The translations under genes were made by a program, and so were the position numbers. Below are positions 37,973 through 50,563 of a stretch of DNA of 64,000 nucleotides, in pieces (the first letter of the stretch is position 1; each line of letters starts with the position of its first letter). This stretch comes from Octopus bimaculoides. Its lineage: Eukaryota. The stretch covers positions 17,645,712 to 17,709,711 of the forward strand of contig NC_069006.1 of assembly GCF_001194135.2 (NCBI RefSeq), read 5' to 3'. The notes under the pieces were generated by a model. That model was not told the origin of the DNA. It saw only the letters and a program-made list of their open reading frames with translations, and did no database searches.

Positions 37973-38382
37973 TATCTTTTTATCTTTTTACTTGTTTCAA
38001 TCATTATTAGATTTCAGCCATGCTGGGGCCCCACCGCCTTGAAGAATTTTTAGGCAAATGAATCAATCCCAGTACATGCTTTTTTTTTTTTAAAAAAAAA
38101 AGCCTGATACTTATTCTATTGGACTCTTTTACTGAACTGCTAAGTTACAAGGACTTAAACGCACCAACACTGGTTGTCAAACTGTGGTGGTGGTAGAGGA
38201 CAGACACAAAAACACACACAATGGGCTTCTTTCAGTTTCCATCTACGAAATTCACTCACCAGGTTTTGGTTGGCCTGAGACTATAAAAAAAAAACATTTG
38301 CCCAAGGTGCCACACAAAGGGACTGAACCCAGAACCTTGTGAGTTGAAAGCATGCTGCTTCCTACACAGCTATGCCTGCACC
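37973..38382 (-). mobile_element. SINE-A, full length
   Basis: CTTTTTATCTTTTTACTTGTTTCAATC through CCTACACAGCTATGCCTGCACC. Confidence 0.88.
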
Positions 38383-38421
<39 letters not shown>

Positions 38422-38534
38422 GACTCTGTTGGTTACTACAATGATGGTTTTATCAGGAAGGATTTCTTGTAAAATTATATTTTGCATTGAAAGAAGGATT
38501 GTCCAAATGATTAAGACATTCACTTTATAATCAT

Positions 38535-38810
38535 GAAATTCTAGGTGTTGATCCTATTGCGTGGCATTTAGGGCAAGTGTCTTCTACAACATACTCAGTT
38601 GACTTTAGCCTGACTAAGCAGAAACTGTATGGGAGTCTGTCAGATGGGTTGTACTTGTAGTTCAAATCCTGTCTGAGAATCATGTTTATGTGTGTGTGTG
38701 TGTGTGTGTGTGGAGAGAGTTCAACTACTTGCATGTTAATTCAATGAGCGGGTAATTCAGTTGATTGAACAACTGAATACTGATCATGGAAACTGTCGGA
38801 AATCCATTTA
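38535..38810 (+). mobile_element. Hybrid: SINE-A CORE-like part followed by a SINE-C-like tail
   Basis: GCGTGGCATTTAGGGCAAGTGTCTTCTAC at about 38560, then GTGGAGAGAGTTCAACTACTTGCATGTTAATTCAATGAGC...GTTGATTGAACAACTG matching the C 3' end. Confidence 0.5.
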
Positions 38811-38884
38811 CAAGAGGAGTAGGAAGAGGACATGAAACAGTGATGTTGAATGTGGGGAAAGATAGCTTTACTATGTCAGTTTAG

Positions 38885-38914
<30 letters not shown>

Positions 38915-38920
<6 letters not shown>

Positions 38921-39080
38921 AATTGACTTGCTTAAAAACACTGCATCTCATCAATTTTAATGTCTTAAAATAGAAAGACATGTTATGTAATATAGATAGT
39001 GGTAAGACCACAGCTAGAACAGCTTTTTTTTCTTTATAAATCTCCTATATAAGTACTGACCTAGGGTTAAACAACAGTAG
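38915..39080 (+). mobile_element. Element D, decayed
   Basis: Ends GTACTGACCTAGGGTTAAACAACAG. Confidence 0.5.
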
Positions 39081-39328
39081 TCATATTCACACAGAGGTAC
39101 GCACATCTTTAAAATATAAATGAATTACATAGAAAGCTATCTAGTGCAGTATTTTTGTAAGTGGACAATTTGTTGTAAAAGAAGTTATCTGCCCACAGGA
39201 TGATATTTCAGCATAAAATGCCCTTGTCAAAACTGGAACTTCAGCTAAGTGTTTAGGTTACAGATAACCTATTTGTACATACCTCTTCTGGTGGCTTGCT
39301 GAGGTTTTTAATTCAAGATTAAGGGAGT

Positions 39329-39549
39329 TTAACTCTTTAGCATTTAAACTGGCCATATCCAGCCAAAATACTCTCCCTGTTTTATGTTCAAACTGGCCAG
39401 ATCCAGCATCTCACACCTACCCTGCAATGTCATTCTAAAAACAAACAGTCACATCATTGAAATCTCTAAACTACAAGATAATACAATTTTTAAAGATGCG
39501 AATAATAAGCATTACATTTGACAGAGTAATCTGAATGCTAAAGGGTTTA
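39329..39549 (+). mobile_element. MITE-P, complete (about 220 bp)
   Basis: Terminal inverted repeats TTAACTCTTTAGCATT ... AATGCTAAAGGGTTTA; TTAA-like flanks; no coding capacity. Confidence 0.85.
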
Positions 39550-40045
39550 GGTAGCTCAGGCTATTGTAGTAACTAGCAGTTGGAGGAGAGTCTTTTTGAC
39601 AGATTGCTGGATTAAACTGTTTTGAAGTGAGGATATATATGCTAATTGGTAATGGTGGTGGGGTTAGAAATAAATAGAAGACTGACTCAAAGGGTGAGGA
39701 ATTTGATTTTAAGTGCCAGCTTTTACACCTTGTTCTCAACAGATTATTAAACCAAAACCAGTCTTAACGCATATCAATTAAAATAACAGGTGAAAGCTTT
39801 GATGATGATGAATGGCAGAAATCATTAAGATATTAAAGCTGTTAGCTTAACGTTTGTGCAGTTTTCTTTTACATATTTATTCATTCATTTATTTATTTTT
39901 AAATTAGCTTCTCGATTTCCAGGTGTCCTATTATCCTTCCACCCGGGGTACATTCTTCTCTGAATGTTTACAGTAACTGGGTAGCCGGTACAGGAACTGA
40001 TTGTGTCAGGAGATTTGCTGTAATAAATATATACATCTTAAGATT

Positions 40046-40079
<34 letters not shown>

Positions 40080-40149
40080 CCCCCCTACTTTTTAATCACA
40101 TCAACAACTGTATTTATACTGATGTCTGCACTGCTTTTCCATGTTGAAT

Positions 40150-40235
40150 AGTTGTTGTTGTTTAACACCAGGTCATTCCTAACCAAGCAGACCAACGATC
40201 AAAAGTATTCCAACCATGATCATCTATTATTTTCT
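40150..40235 (-). mobile_element. Element D 3' end
   Basis: GTTGTTGTTGTTTAACACCAGGTCATTCCTAACCAAGCAGACCAACGATCAAAAGTATTCCAACCATGATCATC. Confidence 0.65.
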
Positions 40236-40292
40236 GGAATATTTATATCTTGGACCACACTATCTAATCTGTCCTATATACATACATCCTCC

Positions 40293-40350
<58 letters not shown>

Positions 40351-40352
<2 letters not shown>

Positions 40353-40513
40353 GATGGGCTTCTTTCAGTTTCCATCTACCAAATCCACTCACAAGGCTTT
40401 GGTCAGCCAGAGGCTATAATAGAAGACACTTTCCCAAGGTGCCACACAGTGGGAATGAACCCGGAACCATGTGGTTGGTAAGCAAGCTACTTACCACAGA
40501 GCCACTTCTGCAC
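40351..40513 (-). mobile_element. SINE-A 5' half ending in a long (TA)n
   Basis: ACGATGGGCTTCTTTCAGTTTCC...ACCACAGAGCCACTTCTGCAC; (TA)n at 40296-40350. Confidence 0.88.
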
Positions 40514-40524
40514 ATACACATACA

Positions 40525-40740
40525 CATCATCATCATCATTTAGTATCCATTTTCTGTCCTGTCATGGGTTGAATAGGAACTGGATAGGCCAGGCACCACA
40601 CCAGATTCCATAGTCTGTTTTGGCTTAGCTCCTATGTAGTTGGTTGCCCATCCTAACACCAGCCACTTTACAGAGTGTACTGAGTCCTTTTAATTTGCCA
40701 CCAGCACTAACAACAATGCTTTTTTACATGGCAATGCACA
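40525..40740 (-). mobile_element. RTE-like LINE 3' UTR with (GAT)n tail
   Basis: CATCATCATCATCATTTAGTATCCATTTTC...CATGGGTTG...GCCCATCCTAACACCAGCCACTTTACAGAGTGTACTG...CCAGCACTAACAACAATGCTTTTTTACATGGC. Confidence 0.7.
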
Positions 40741-40813
40741 CACACACACACACACATATATTTATATGTACCTTATGTAATCATGTATGTATATATATAT
40801 ATATATGTGTGTG

Positions 40814-40860
<47 letters not shown>

Positions 40861-42084
40861 ATGTATATATATATATATATATATGTATAGTAAAATGTTG
40901 CACAGAAAGATAAGGAAGTGACAAATGGAAAACAAAAAAAACAAACATACAAAAGATAGAGATAGGCTTATATCCCTCATCAGTTATCAACTAAAAATCA
41001 TCACAGTTTCAGCTCCTTATCAACAAAGGCGATCAATTTGGTGGTGTCAACAGCTGAACAGTGCTGGGATATAAATGAGCGAACAGGAAGGACAGAATGA
41101 AACAAGTGCAAAACGTGATAAGGTCTGTAGACTGAGTGGTGTAAAGGATGAGTTATAAGGAAAATGGGAAAACATTTAAAACGCAAAAGCAAGGACAGTA
41201 ATGAAAACATAAATAATAAACAACTCCAGTGTTTTTTTTGTTTTTTTCTATTTATACATTGTAGGTCATTTAACTATATGACAGGATTAAGACATATGAA
41301 ACTGGCAGTAATAGAAAGTATGTGCTCCTTTTAAACTTGGAAGAAATATATTTAGGAAAACAAGTGTGTATGTGCGTACTTTTATTCTTTTATACATTTC
41401 AGCCCAAAGGCTGCGGCCATGCCGGAGCAGATATAATGATTTCATTAGGGTGATAACCCTATTAAGCTCATCCCCAGGTACTGGGTATCAGACAGACTGT
41501 AATATGGAGACTGTTTTATCAAACACATGCCTGAAAATTCATAAGTATCTGCAGAGTTTTTATGGTTGTAAACAAGGAGAGAGGATTGAGCAAGTCCTTT
41601 TATTACATCAGTTTACCATTCTTGCATCCGAATTCAATCTCATGGATATTTCTTACATTATGCAACGCATGATTCATGAGATCAAATGTTGAAACAATTG
41701 TAAATTGATGTAATAAAAGGACTTATTCACTCCATTCTTCTTGTTTATATATGTGTGTGTGTGTGTGTGTGTGTTAAAGAGGATAGGTTGTGATTTGAGG
41801 AAGATTTAGATGTTATCTCTGGGCGGTAGGGTGAACACATAGAGGGCTCCTCATTGATTGCTGACTTATGGAGGTGGTGGTGGTGGTGGTGTTGGTTGCT
41901 GTCAGATGAATCTATTATATTACCTCACCTCTTACCTCACCTTGAAGCACCACACCACCTCCCTACACCTTCATTATGCCAACTCACAAAGGCAGTTAAC
42001 TTGTTGACCCTGTGATGCCAGGACAACTCATGTCAAAGGTCAAGCCAAGTTAGGAGAGGAGCTAGAACCACAACAAGGTGGTTT

Positions 42085-42270
42085 AACCTGCCACTAATAG
42101 TAGCTAGATCTCCCTGAAATTACACCCCTGCTGCCTTAAAAAAAAAAATACACATGAGACAATCAATGTAGTCTCTAATATACAAAAGATGAGATGGTCA
42201 TGCATGGAACATGTTTGATCATAGGTCTGGATAGTCAAAGTTAAACTGGAGCTAAGTAACAACAACCACA
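42085..42270 (+). mobile_element. Element D (another fragment on the minus strand at 41775-41855)
   Basis: TAGTAGCTAGATCTCCCTGAAATTACACCC...GATGGTCATGCATGGAACATGTTTGATCATAGGTCTG...GCTAAGTAACAACAAC. Confidence 0.7.
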
Positions 42271-42305
42271 AAGGTTGAGTCTACATAATCTGATTCCTCC
42301 AAAGA

Positions 42306-42358
<53 letters not shown>

Positions 42359-42644
42359 TACACGAGGTTTGATGTTATATTAATGTCCACTGTGTTAGAT
42401 GAATAGATCAAATTATGAAATTTATATTGTGGTGTGTGTGTGTGTACATGCATGCATATTTCATAAATTGATTCTGTGTGTATTAATACATGTGTGTACG
42501 CATGCACACACACACACACACACAGGTTTGAGCTATGTAAATAGCAAATACAATATTAAATGTCATATTATAATGATTAGTAATATTTTATCTATTATGT
42601 GTGTATGCATTACATTATGCATGCGTGTGTGTACTTGTATTTTA

Positions 42645-42790
42645 TCAGTCTTTTACTGGTTTCAGTCACTGGGCTGTGGTCATGCTACAGTTCCGCCTTT
42701 GACAGGTTTAGTCAATCAAATCATCCTTCTACGTCTGACACTTCATTCCATTAGTCTCTTTTTTGTTGTACCACTAAGTCACACACATAC
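42645..42790 (-). mobile_element. SINE-A 3' fragment, decayed
   Basis: CTTTTACTGGTTTCAGTCACTGGGCTGTGGTCATGCT...TTAGTCTCTTTTTTGTTGTACCACTAAG. Confidence 0.6.
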
Positions 42791-43012
42791 ATACATGCAT
42801 TCACATATGTAAAGACAGAATTTATCAGATCCTCTTTGCGGTTTATCCATGGGTTATATTTTCAGTGACACTAAATTTATGCTTATTAAACATATCCTAT
42901 ATGACTTCCGTATCTATATTTTATTCCGAAGTGTTTGTGTGATCATGTTTATATTTTTTATGTATGTTTGTATGTATTGTATATTAAGAATACATAAATA
43001 TCGATGTATATA

Positions 43013-43050
<38 letters not shown>

Positions 43051-44214
43051 AGAGAATTTGTATTTGGTTTACAAAATTGTCCTTCTCTGTGACTGTGTTG
43101 CTTGCTGTTGTCAATTCTAGTGGAACAGCAGTACAACCACAATGGTGCCAGCTACAGAAAGGTTATTGGCTATGGAAGAAATCTTGACTGCTGTTGGTTG
43201 AAAACCCATTCACAGTTATCTGTCTAGTGTGGCTGGCTGTTCTTCTCACTTTTCACCCTCCCTTCATTACCACAGCTTTCCCTTCCTAGTTTAATTCCTG
43301 ATGCCCTCTTCGTCTCTCTCTCTCATACACATGAGCTCACAAACACAAAGCACCACCACCACTACCATCTTTAGCAAGTTATCTCCCTTGCCTGCATTCC
43401 AATGCTTCTGTGAGGTAAGAGAGAAAGAGAGAGAGAGAGACATTCCTTCAGCCAAGTGAATAAAATAAACCTGATCTATATAGTTGGTTATAGTGTTGTT
43501 GAACAATGCCAGTTCACATGATTGCGTTGTTTATAGAACCAGAGAGAGATATTTCCACTTCCTTTACTCTTGGCCCTTCTATGCTTTCAGAATTGTCCTT
43601 GTGTCTACCCCCACCACCTCCCTCCCTTCCTTATTTATCAACATCTCCAGTTTGGCACTATTTATTTATTCATGGTGATGGCTTTTGTGTTTAAAACACA
43701 GGCACTAATTGCAGATCGAAGAGAGGAGGAAGTACAGCAAGTTAGCTAGCTATGTAACACAAATCTGTCATTTCTAAATCTGTATTTCTTCCAGGAGAGA
43801 GAGAGAGAGAAGGGGAGAGAGAGAGATTGGTAGTGGTAGTGGCAGTGATGTTGGAGATTGCATATGTGGTAACAGAAATAGTGTTGTGCTACCATTCTAT
43901 CTGTTTATTATTATAGCACTTCTATGTTTATTAGCTTTGAGATTGGTTTGTGTAACTACACACATACATATATTCATGTTATGCATATGTTAATATGCTT
44001 GTGCTATACACATACATATATATACATATATTTAGATAATTTGATAACGTGTGTATAATGTATGTGAGTGTTCGTGAGAGTGTGTGTGTGTGTATATATA
44101 TATACACACACACATACATATATATATACACACACATATATATATATATACACACACAGCAATATGGATAGTATATGTGTACATGTGTGTGTGTTTTATA
44201 TATATATAATGTAG

Positions 44215-44429
44215 TTTTTTTGTTTTAGTTGTTTAATTAATTGGGCTGCAAACATGCTGGGGCACTACCTTGAAAGGTTTTAGTGTGACCCCAGTGCTTA
44301 TTAGTTTAAGTCTAGTACTTATGTCTCTTTTTTTTTGTCAAAACACTAAGTTGACCGGGATGTAAACAAACCAACAGTGGTTATAAAGTAGTGGGTGCAA
44401 AACAAACACAGACATTCACAGAAATATGC

Positions 44430-44475
<46 letters not shown>

Positions 44476-44678
44476 GTACATACATACACACACACACATA
44501 TACATACACATACATACACATACATACACATACATACAACAGGCTTCCCACAGTTTCCATTTACTAAATTCACTCACAAGGGAGAGTTTACTTGGCCTGA
44601 CACTGTAGGTGGCACACAGTGATACTGAACCCAGAATCACGTGGTTACAAAGTGATCTTAACCACACAGCTATGTTTG
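44215..44678 (-). mobile_element. SINE-A, decayed, expanded internal microsatellite
   Basis: CATGCTGGGGCACTACCTTGAA...TA/CA tract 44430-44537...GATACTGAACCCAGAATCACGTGG...CTTAACCACACAGCTATG. Confidence 0.8.
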
Positions 44679-44688
44679 CTTACATGTA

Positions 44689-44727
<39 letters not shown>

Positions 44728-45214
44728 TACATTCATGCACGTACACCAACACATGCATACACATATATTTATATGGAAAGATGTATGGATACAGACTATA
44801 TAAAGTCTCTGTGCTTTTTCACTGTGTGGTCTGTAAAATAAACAGTTCTTGTATTATAATATATGCTTCCAACTGTTCAAAACTGGTTTTCTTCACGTTT
44901 ATTGAATGGCAATAATCTGTTGCTTTTAGGGGAGGCATGGTTGTTCCCTTCCATCAGATATGGCATTAAACATAAGTGTCTATCAGTCTGTCATTAATAT
45001 TCCTTCAACAGTTTGGAGTATTAAATTAAAGATAATTCTAAATAGACAAGCATAAAACCCTGTTAAATTATCTCAGAATATTTCCTGTGTCCTTAGTTAA
45101 ACATAAACATCCAAGGAAAATAATCATATCAAGAAGGCGAGAGTTAGTACAGTTGTTAGGAAGGTATTTGTTCTAGTTTACCGTTCAAACCCTACTAAGG
45201 TCGTCCCTATAGAC

Positions 45215-45832
45215 ACAAGCATGGCTGTGTGGGTAACAGACTTGCTTTCTAACCATGTGGCCTTGGCTTCAGCTTCACCAAGTGGCACTTTGGGCTATTA
45301 CTATAGCCTTTGACCAACCAAAATCCTTGAGCGGATTTGGTAGTCAGAAACTGTAGGGAGGCGGTGAGCTGGCAGAATCGTTAGCATGCCGGGCGAAATG
45401 CTTAGCGGTATTTCGTCTGTCTTTACGTTCTGAGTTCAAATTCCGCCGAGGTCGACTTTGCCTTTCATCCTTTTGGGGTCGATAAATTAAGTACCAGTTA
45501 TGCACTGGGGTCGATGTAATTGACTTAATCCCTTTGTCTGTCCTTGTTTGTCACCTCTATGTTTAGCCCCTTGTGGGCAATAAAGAAATAAGAAACTAGA
45601 AGAAGACTGTCATATATATGTGTGTATGTGTGTTTATGTTTGTCCTCCACTATTCCTGGGCAATCACTGTTGGTTTGTTTACATCCCTGTAACATAGTGG
45701 TTTGGTAAAAGAGACTGATAGACTAAGCATCAAGCTTAAAAAATAAGTACTGGGGTCAATTTTGACTAAACCGTTAGTGGTGGTACCTCACCATGTCTGC
45801 AGTCCAATTACTGAAATAAATTAAGAGTAAAA
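45215..45832 (+). mobile_element. Old SINE-A interrupted by a young SINE-B
   Basis: Host 5' part at 45215-45351 ends GGATTTGGTAGTCAGAAACT; host resumes AGAAGAAGACTGTCATATAT at about 45598. Confidence 0.8.
45352..45597 (+). mobile_element. SINE-B young variant (tail GCCCCTTGTGGGCAATAAAGAAATAAGAAACT)
   Basis: CpG-rich and highly similar to 52278-52505; AGAAACT is present at both junctions (possible 7-bp TSD). Confidence 0.92.
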
Positions 45833-46086
45833 CATTAAAGATGCATACATGGTGGCTGAGGACCTGCTGTTGACTATGATCTCCTTTCCTCTTTTCTCTT
45901 ATGGTGTTCCATCTCCCTGCCATAGTCCCTCATGATAGTGAAAACATGCAGGAGTATAGAAAGATCCTTGACATCACATCCCGTACACCAACAGTATTTC
46001 GTGGAGAAGGTAGGAGACGGCTGCACCAGACAGCCAGAGACTTGAACACACTAGTCCTGACTATGCTACCAACTTGAAGTAACATA

Positions 46087-46511
46087 CTCTTTACTCTTTT
46101 ACTTGTTTCAATCATTTGACTGCGGCCATGCTGGAGCACCACCTTTAGTCGAGCAAATCAACCCTAGGACTTATAAGCCTAGTACTTATTCTATCGGTCT
46201 CTTTTGCTGAACCACTAAGTTACGGGGATGTAAACACACCAGCATCAGTTGCCAAGTGATGTTGGGGGGGACAAACACAGACACAAACACATATATATAC
46301 ATATACATATATACGACGGGCTTCTTTCAGTTTCCTCAGAAGGCTTTGGTCGGCCCGAGGCTATAGTAGAAGACACTTGCCCAAGGTGCNNNNNNNNNNT
46401 CGGCCCGAGGCTATAGTAGAAGACACTTGCCCAAGGTGCCACGCAGTGGGACTGAACCCGGAACCATGTGGTTGGTAAGCAAGCTTCTTACCACACAGCC
46501 ACTCCTGCTCC
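46087..46511 (-). mobile_element. SINE-A, young (10-N gap with duplicated flanks inside)
   Basis: CTCTTTACTCTTTTACTTGTTTCAATC through ACCACACAGCCACTCCTGCTCC. Confidence 0.9.
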
Positions 46512-46579
46512 ACATAGAAAAATACTATTTAAAAATTGGGACAGAAAAAATACTGACACATCATATCTTAGAGAATTTA

Positions 46580-46770
46580 TTGTGAAAGTTTATGTACAAT
46601 AAATTGGTTATGCTTTTACTATACACAAACTATTTTAACAATTTTTTTATATATACGGTTCCTCATAATGTACAATCATAAAAACATAATGGGATTTGAA
46701 ACATCAAATTGAGTGAAATAGAAATCAAAGGGGTCCATCCATTGGCAAAAAATTGTTAGAGCAACAAACT
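46580..46770 (+). mobile_element. Fragment of an hAT-like MITE (MITE-H)
   Basis: CAATAAATTGGTTATGCTTTTACTATACACAAACTATTTTAACAA matches the internal segment of 52700-52833 and 56186-56280; ends AAGGGGTCCATCC...AAAAAATTGTTAGAGCAAC, a possible decayed TIR. Confidence 0.45.
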
Positions 46771-47260
46771 TTTATGTGGTACAGGCTTTTATATTCTCTA
46801 AATGTGTGTGAAACCTTTAAAAAAAAGTCACAGGAAAGAGAAAAACAAAAAGAAAAAAAAAAAGAAAACAGGAACAAAATTAAAGCACTGTGAGTTTCAA
46901 GTAACGATATCCTCCCACGTCAATTTGCATATGCATTTAAATGCACATATGTGTTATGCATATATGCTCATTGTTTGTTTGGCCATTGACTCCCTTGAGT
47001 TCATCAACCATTTTTATTCAGTCTTTGTTTTTCATCCTCCAAGGTGTCTAAAAAAAAAAAAAAAAATCACCCTCCTCCCCAAGCAAGATTAATGGGTGAG
47101 TGGGGTTGCTGTGTTTTAGTTGCTGATGACTCAACCATGCAACTGCTTGTATAGGGCTTACATGTTACCAGTAGTGTTCTTTCTCTGTGTGTCTGTCTGT
47201 CTCTCTCTCTCCCTCTCTCACACATTCCTGTATGTGACATCAGTGCCATAAACCTCTGTA

Positions 47261-47300
<40 letters not shown>

Positions 47301-47854
47301 TGTTAGTTACACAGCTATCAAGATATGAATTGTGAAGTGCTCCCTGGATACAAAGCCGACCTTGTGTCTACTCAGAGTACTTTCAAAAGTGATTGATCTG
47401 AATAACCTTTATGAAAATTGGTCTGAGGTCTTGAGACTGGTGCCAGATGACAAAATGATTTCTACAAAAGGACTTCATTAGCTTCTGTGTCATTTGGCAT
47501 TTTACTCCATATGAACCGGCATCGACGTTGAACGGTTTACAAAGTTTTATAAATATTTCATTCAGCCGTGTTGCAATTATCGTTTCTATTGATTTATCTT
47601 ATTGTCTTTGTTTCATTTCCTCGTTCTCCATCATTGTTGGCTGCTCTCCAAACTCCAGAGCTTTTAACCAATCAATTTCGCTTCATACAAGCTTTACTAC
47701 ACAGTTCTTTCACTAAACCAGAAAATATGTTTGCTCTCCCTCCCCCTCCCCCCCGCCTCTCCCGTCTGCCTCACATTTGTGGCTCTTAACATTCACTGCT
47801 ATTTTGGTTTCGGTAAATTCTTTTGTAAACCCAGGCCAATTTGTTTGTGTACAT

Positions 47855-48213
47855 CTATCTTTTATCTGTTCCAGTCATTAAGACTGTGGCCATGCTGGGG
47901 CACTGCCTTGAAGAAATTTTAGTCGAATGAATCGACTCCAGTACTTTTTTTTTTCTTGGTATTTATTCTATTGGTCTCTTCTTACCAAACTGGTAAATTA
48001 TGGGGATGTAAACACACCAACACCGGTTGTCAAGCAGTGGTGGAGGACAAACACACACACACACATATGATGGGCTTCTTTCAGTTTCTGTCTACCAAAT
48101 CTATTCACAAGGCTATAATAGAAGACAGTTGCCCAAAGTTCCACGTAATAGGACTGAACCCAGAACCACATGGTTGGGAAGCAAGTTCCTTACCACTCAA
48201 CCACACCTGTGCC
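47855..48213 (-). mobile_element. SINE-A, near full length (a further 3'-end fragment at 48243-48300)
   Basis: CTTTTATCTGTTCCAGTCATTAAGACTGTGGCC through CTTACCACTCAACCACACCTGTGCC. Confidence 0.88.
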
Positions 48214-49158
48214 TATATATATATATATATATATATACATACACTTTTATTCTTTCATATGTTTCAGCCTTGAGGCTGCGGTCATGCTGGGGCACCATTA
48301 CACACGCACACTGTTTTCCCATCATATATAGACTATATATTTTTTTGACAGAAGGGGAATCTCTCTCTGTACCTTTACAAACAACATTAAGAGAGGAAAA
48401 AGATATATTTTATATTTTGGAATAATTGAGGCGAGACTTCATTATTGATTTCTGTTTTGATTGAGTGGTATGTATTGTGTTGTTGCTATTGTTTAGGTTC
48501 AGATATACCCTGATGAAGAAGGTCTATGATTGAAAGCATTCCCAGATGATAAACAGGTCCAAAAGTGCCATCTGTCACACACACACACTCACTCGCTCGC
48601 TCGCTCTCAGTTTGTTTGTCTGTCTGTCTCTGTCTCTCTCTCACGTACACACTCACCCATTTATATACACGCTCTCTTTCTCTCTCTGTCTCACACACTC
48701 TCCACTCTCTCTCTCTCTCTCTCTCACGCACACACACACATATACATGTTTACATAGACACAAACACACACACAAATGCTTGTGTGAGTGTGTATGATAT
48801 ATTTCACTCTATTGGCTGAGGAATGCTGGAATAATCTGCTAAGCTATTCAAGGGAAAACTTAGGATTGTATTTGGTGGTTGAGGAAGTGAAAGACATTAG
48901 CTCTGTCTACTGTGTATAAGCAGATGAGTGGTTAGTTATGTGCAAGTTCTGCACATAAATGAATTTGAATATAAGCTGGCTCACTAGCTCTTTCCATAAA
49001 CAATCACCACACAGGAAAAATGAATATTTCACTTAGTTTCTTAATTGAGCTCTTCATTAAGAAGCTGGGTTTGGCTTTCTTTTTTTTCTTTTATTGCTGA
49101 GTTTTGAGAGCGAAGCCCAAGACCCTTGCAGATCCTCCAAGACAGGTAAAATTGCTGC

Positions 49159-49381
49159 TCTCTTTTACTCTTTTACCTGTTTCAGTCATTTGACTGTGGC
49201 CACGCTGGAGCGCCGCCTTTAGTCAAGCAAATCGACCTCAGGACTTATTCTTTGTAAGCCTAGTACTTATTCTATCGATATCTTTTGCCGAACCGCTAAG
49301 TGACGGGGGACGTAAACACACCAGCATTGGTTGTCAAGCGATGTTGGAGGGACAAACACAGACACACGAACATATACACAC

Positions 49382-49451
<70 letters not shown>

Positions 49452-49613
49452 GACGGGCCTCTTTCAGTTTCCGTCTACCAATTCCACTCACAAGGCTTTG
49501 GTTGGCCCGAGGTTATAGTAGAAGACACTTGCCCAAGGGGCCACACAGTGAGACTAAACCCAGAACCATGTGTCTGGGAAACAAGCTTCTTACCGCACAG
49601 CCATGCCTGCGCC
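49159..49613 (-). mobile_element. SINE-A, young, full length
   Basis: CTCTTTTACTCTTTTACCTGTTTCAGTC through CCGCACAGCCATGCCTGCGCC; internal CA/TA tract at about 49370-49450. Confidence 0.93.
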
Positions 49614-49625
49614 TGTACTTAGTTG

Positions 49626-49795
49626 CATTTCTTCTGGCTTTATATTCTGAGGTCAAATTCTGTCCTGGCCGCTTTTACCGTTCATCCTTTGAGGGCCAAT
49701 AAAATAAGTACCAGTGACGTTGTGGGGTTGATGTAAGTGGACTAACCCACTCCCCACAAAAAACATTTCAGGCTTAGTGCCTATAGAAAGAATAA
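49626..49795 (+). mobile_element. SINE-B, 5'-truncated and decayed
   Basis: TTCTGAGGTCAAATTC...TTCATCCTTTGAGGGCCAATAAAATAAGTACCAG...TTTCAGGCTTAGTGCCTATAGAAAG. Confidence 0.7.
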
Positions 49796-50503
49796 TTAAA
49801 TATTAATATTGTCACCAGTTGTTCTTTTTAATTTGTTGTTGCGTAAAATTTAGCCTCGTCTTGTATTATTTTTTTCCTGCTCTGGTCTTCATCCCCCCCC
49901 CCATCCATCCATCCTTCCTTACTTCCATCCTTGATGTCTTTTGTAGTTTTTGTTTCTTTTTCTTGTTCTGCCATTAAGAAGAGCGAAATCTCACCATAAG
50001 AAAGTAGCATGAATTATTAGTGAGAGGCTAAGATGATTTAATGAGTCGATCCTATAACGAATGTTTAGTTATCTTTTATTTTCTTGCTACTCATTAGAAA
50101 CACTCAACTAGTTGCTTGCTGCTGCCATTTTGTTGTTTTTTTTTTACTTCTCAGTTTCGTTCCTCCTCATCATCTTTCTCTTCTCCTTTTCTTCTCGGTT
50201 GTACGTTAGTCAGTTACTAAATGTTTTGTTTTCAAACTTGAACAGATTTTCACGCAAATAATTTTCTCCTGTTTCTTTTAATACACATTTTACAAATATA
50301 TTTTGTTAAAATTTAATTTGTTATATAGCAGTTACAAAAAATAAAAAATAAAATAGAATAAAATAAAACAAACGAGAAAATATAACAAAAAAAAAACAGC
50401 GAAACAACAAAAACAACAAATTCTGTAAACGAAATAACGAGCTTGTAAATTAGATACCGGCTTTCGTTTGTCATCATCATCATCGTCATCACCATTATTA
50501 TCG

Positions 50504-50563
<60 letters not shown>

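Noticed and set aside
46347-46440. Duplicated segments around gaps (here and 20460-20510 versus 21213-21265)
   Set aside because: Same assembly-overlap signature at N-run edges.
47500-47800. Locally CpG-retaining unique segment with a CCAAT motif and C-rich run as a promoter
   Set aside because: Too short and weak, with no downstream gene; motif occurrence is compatible with chance.
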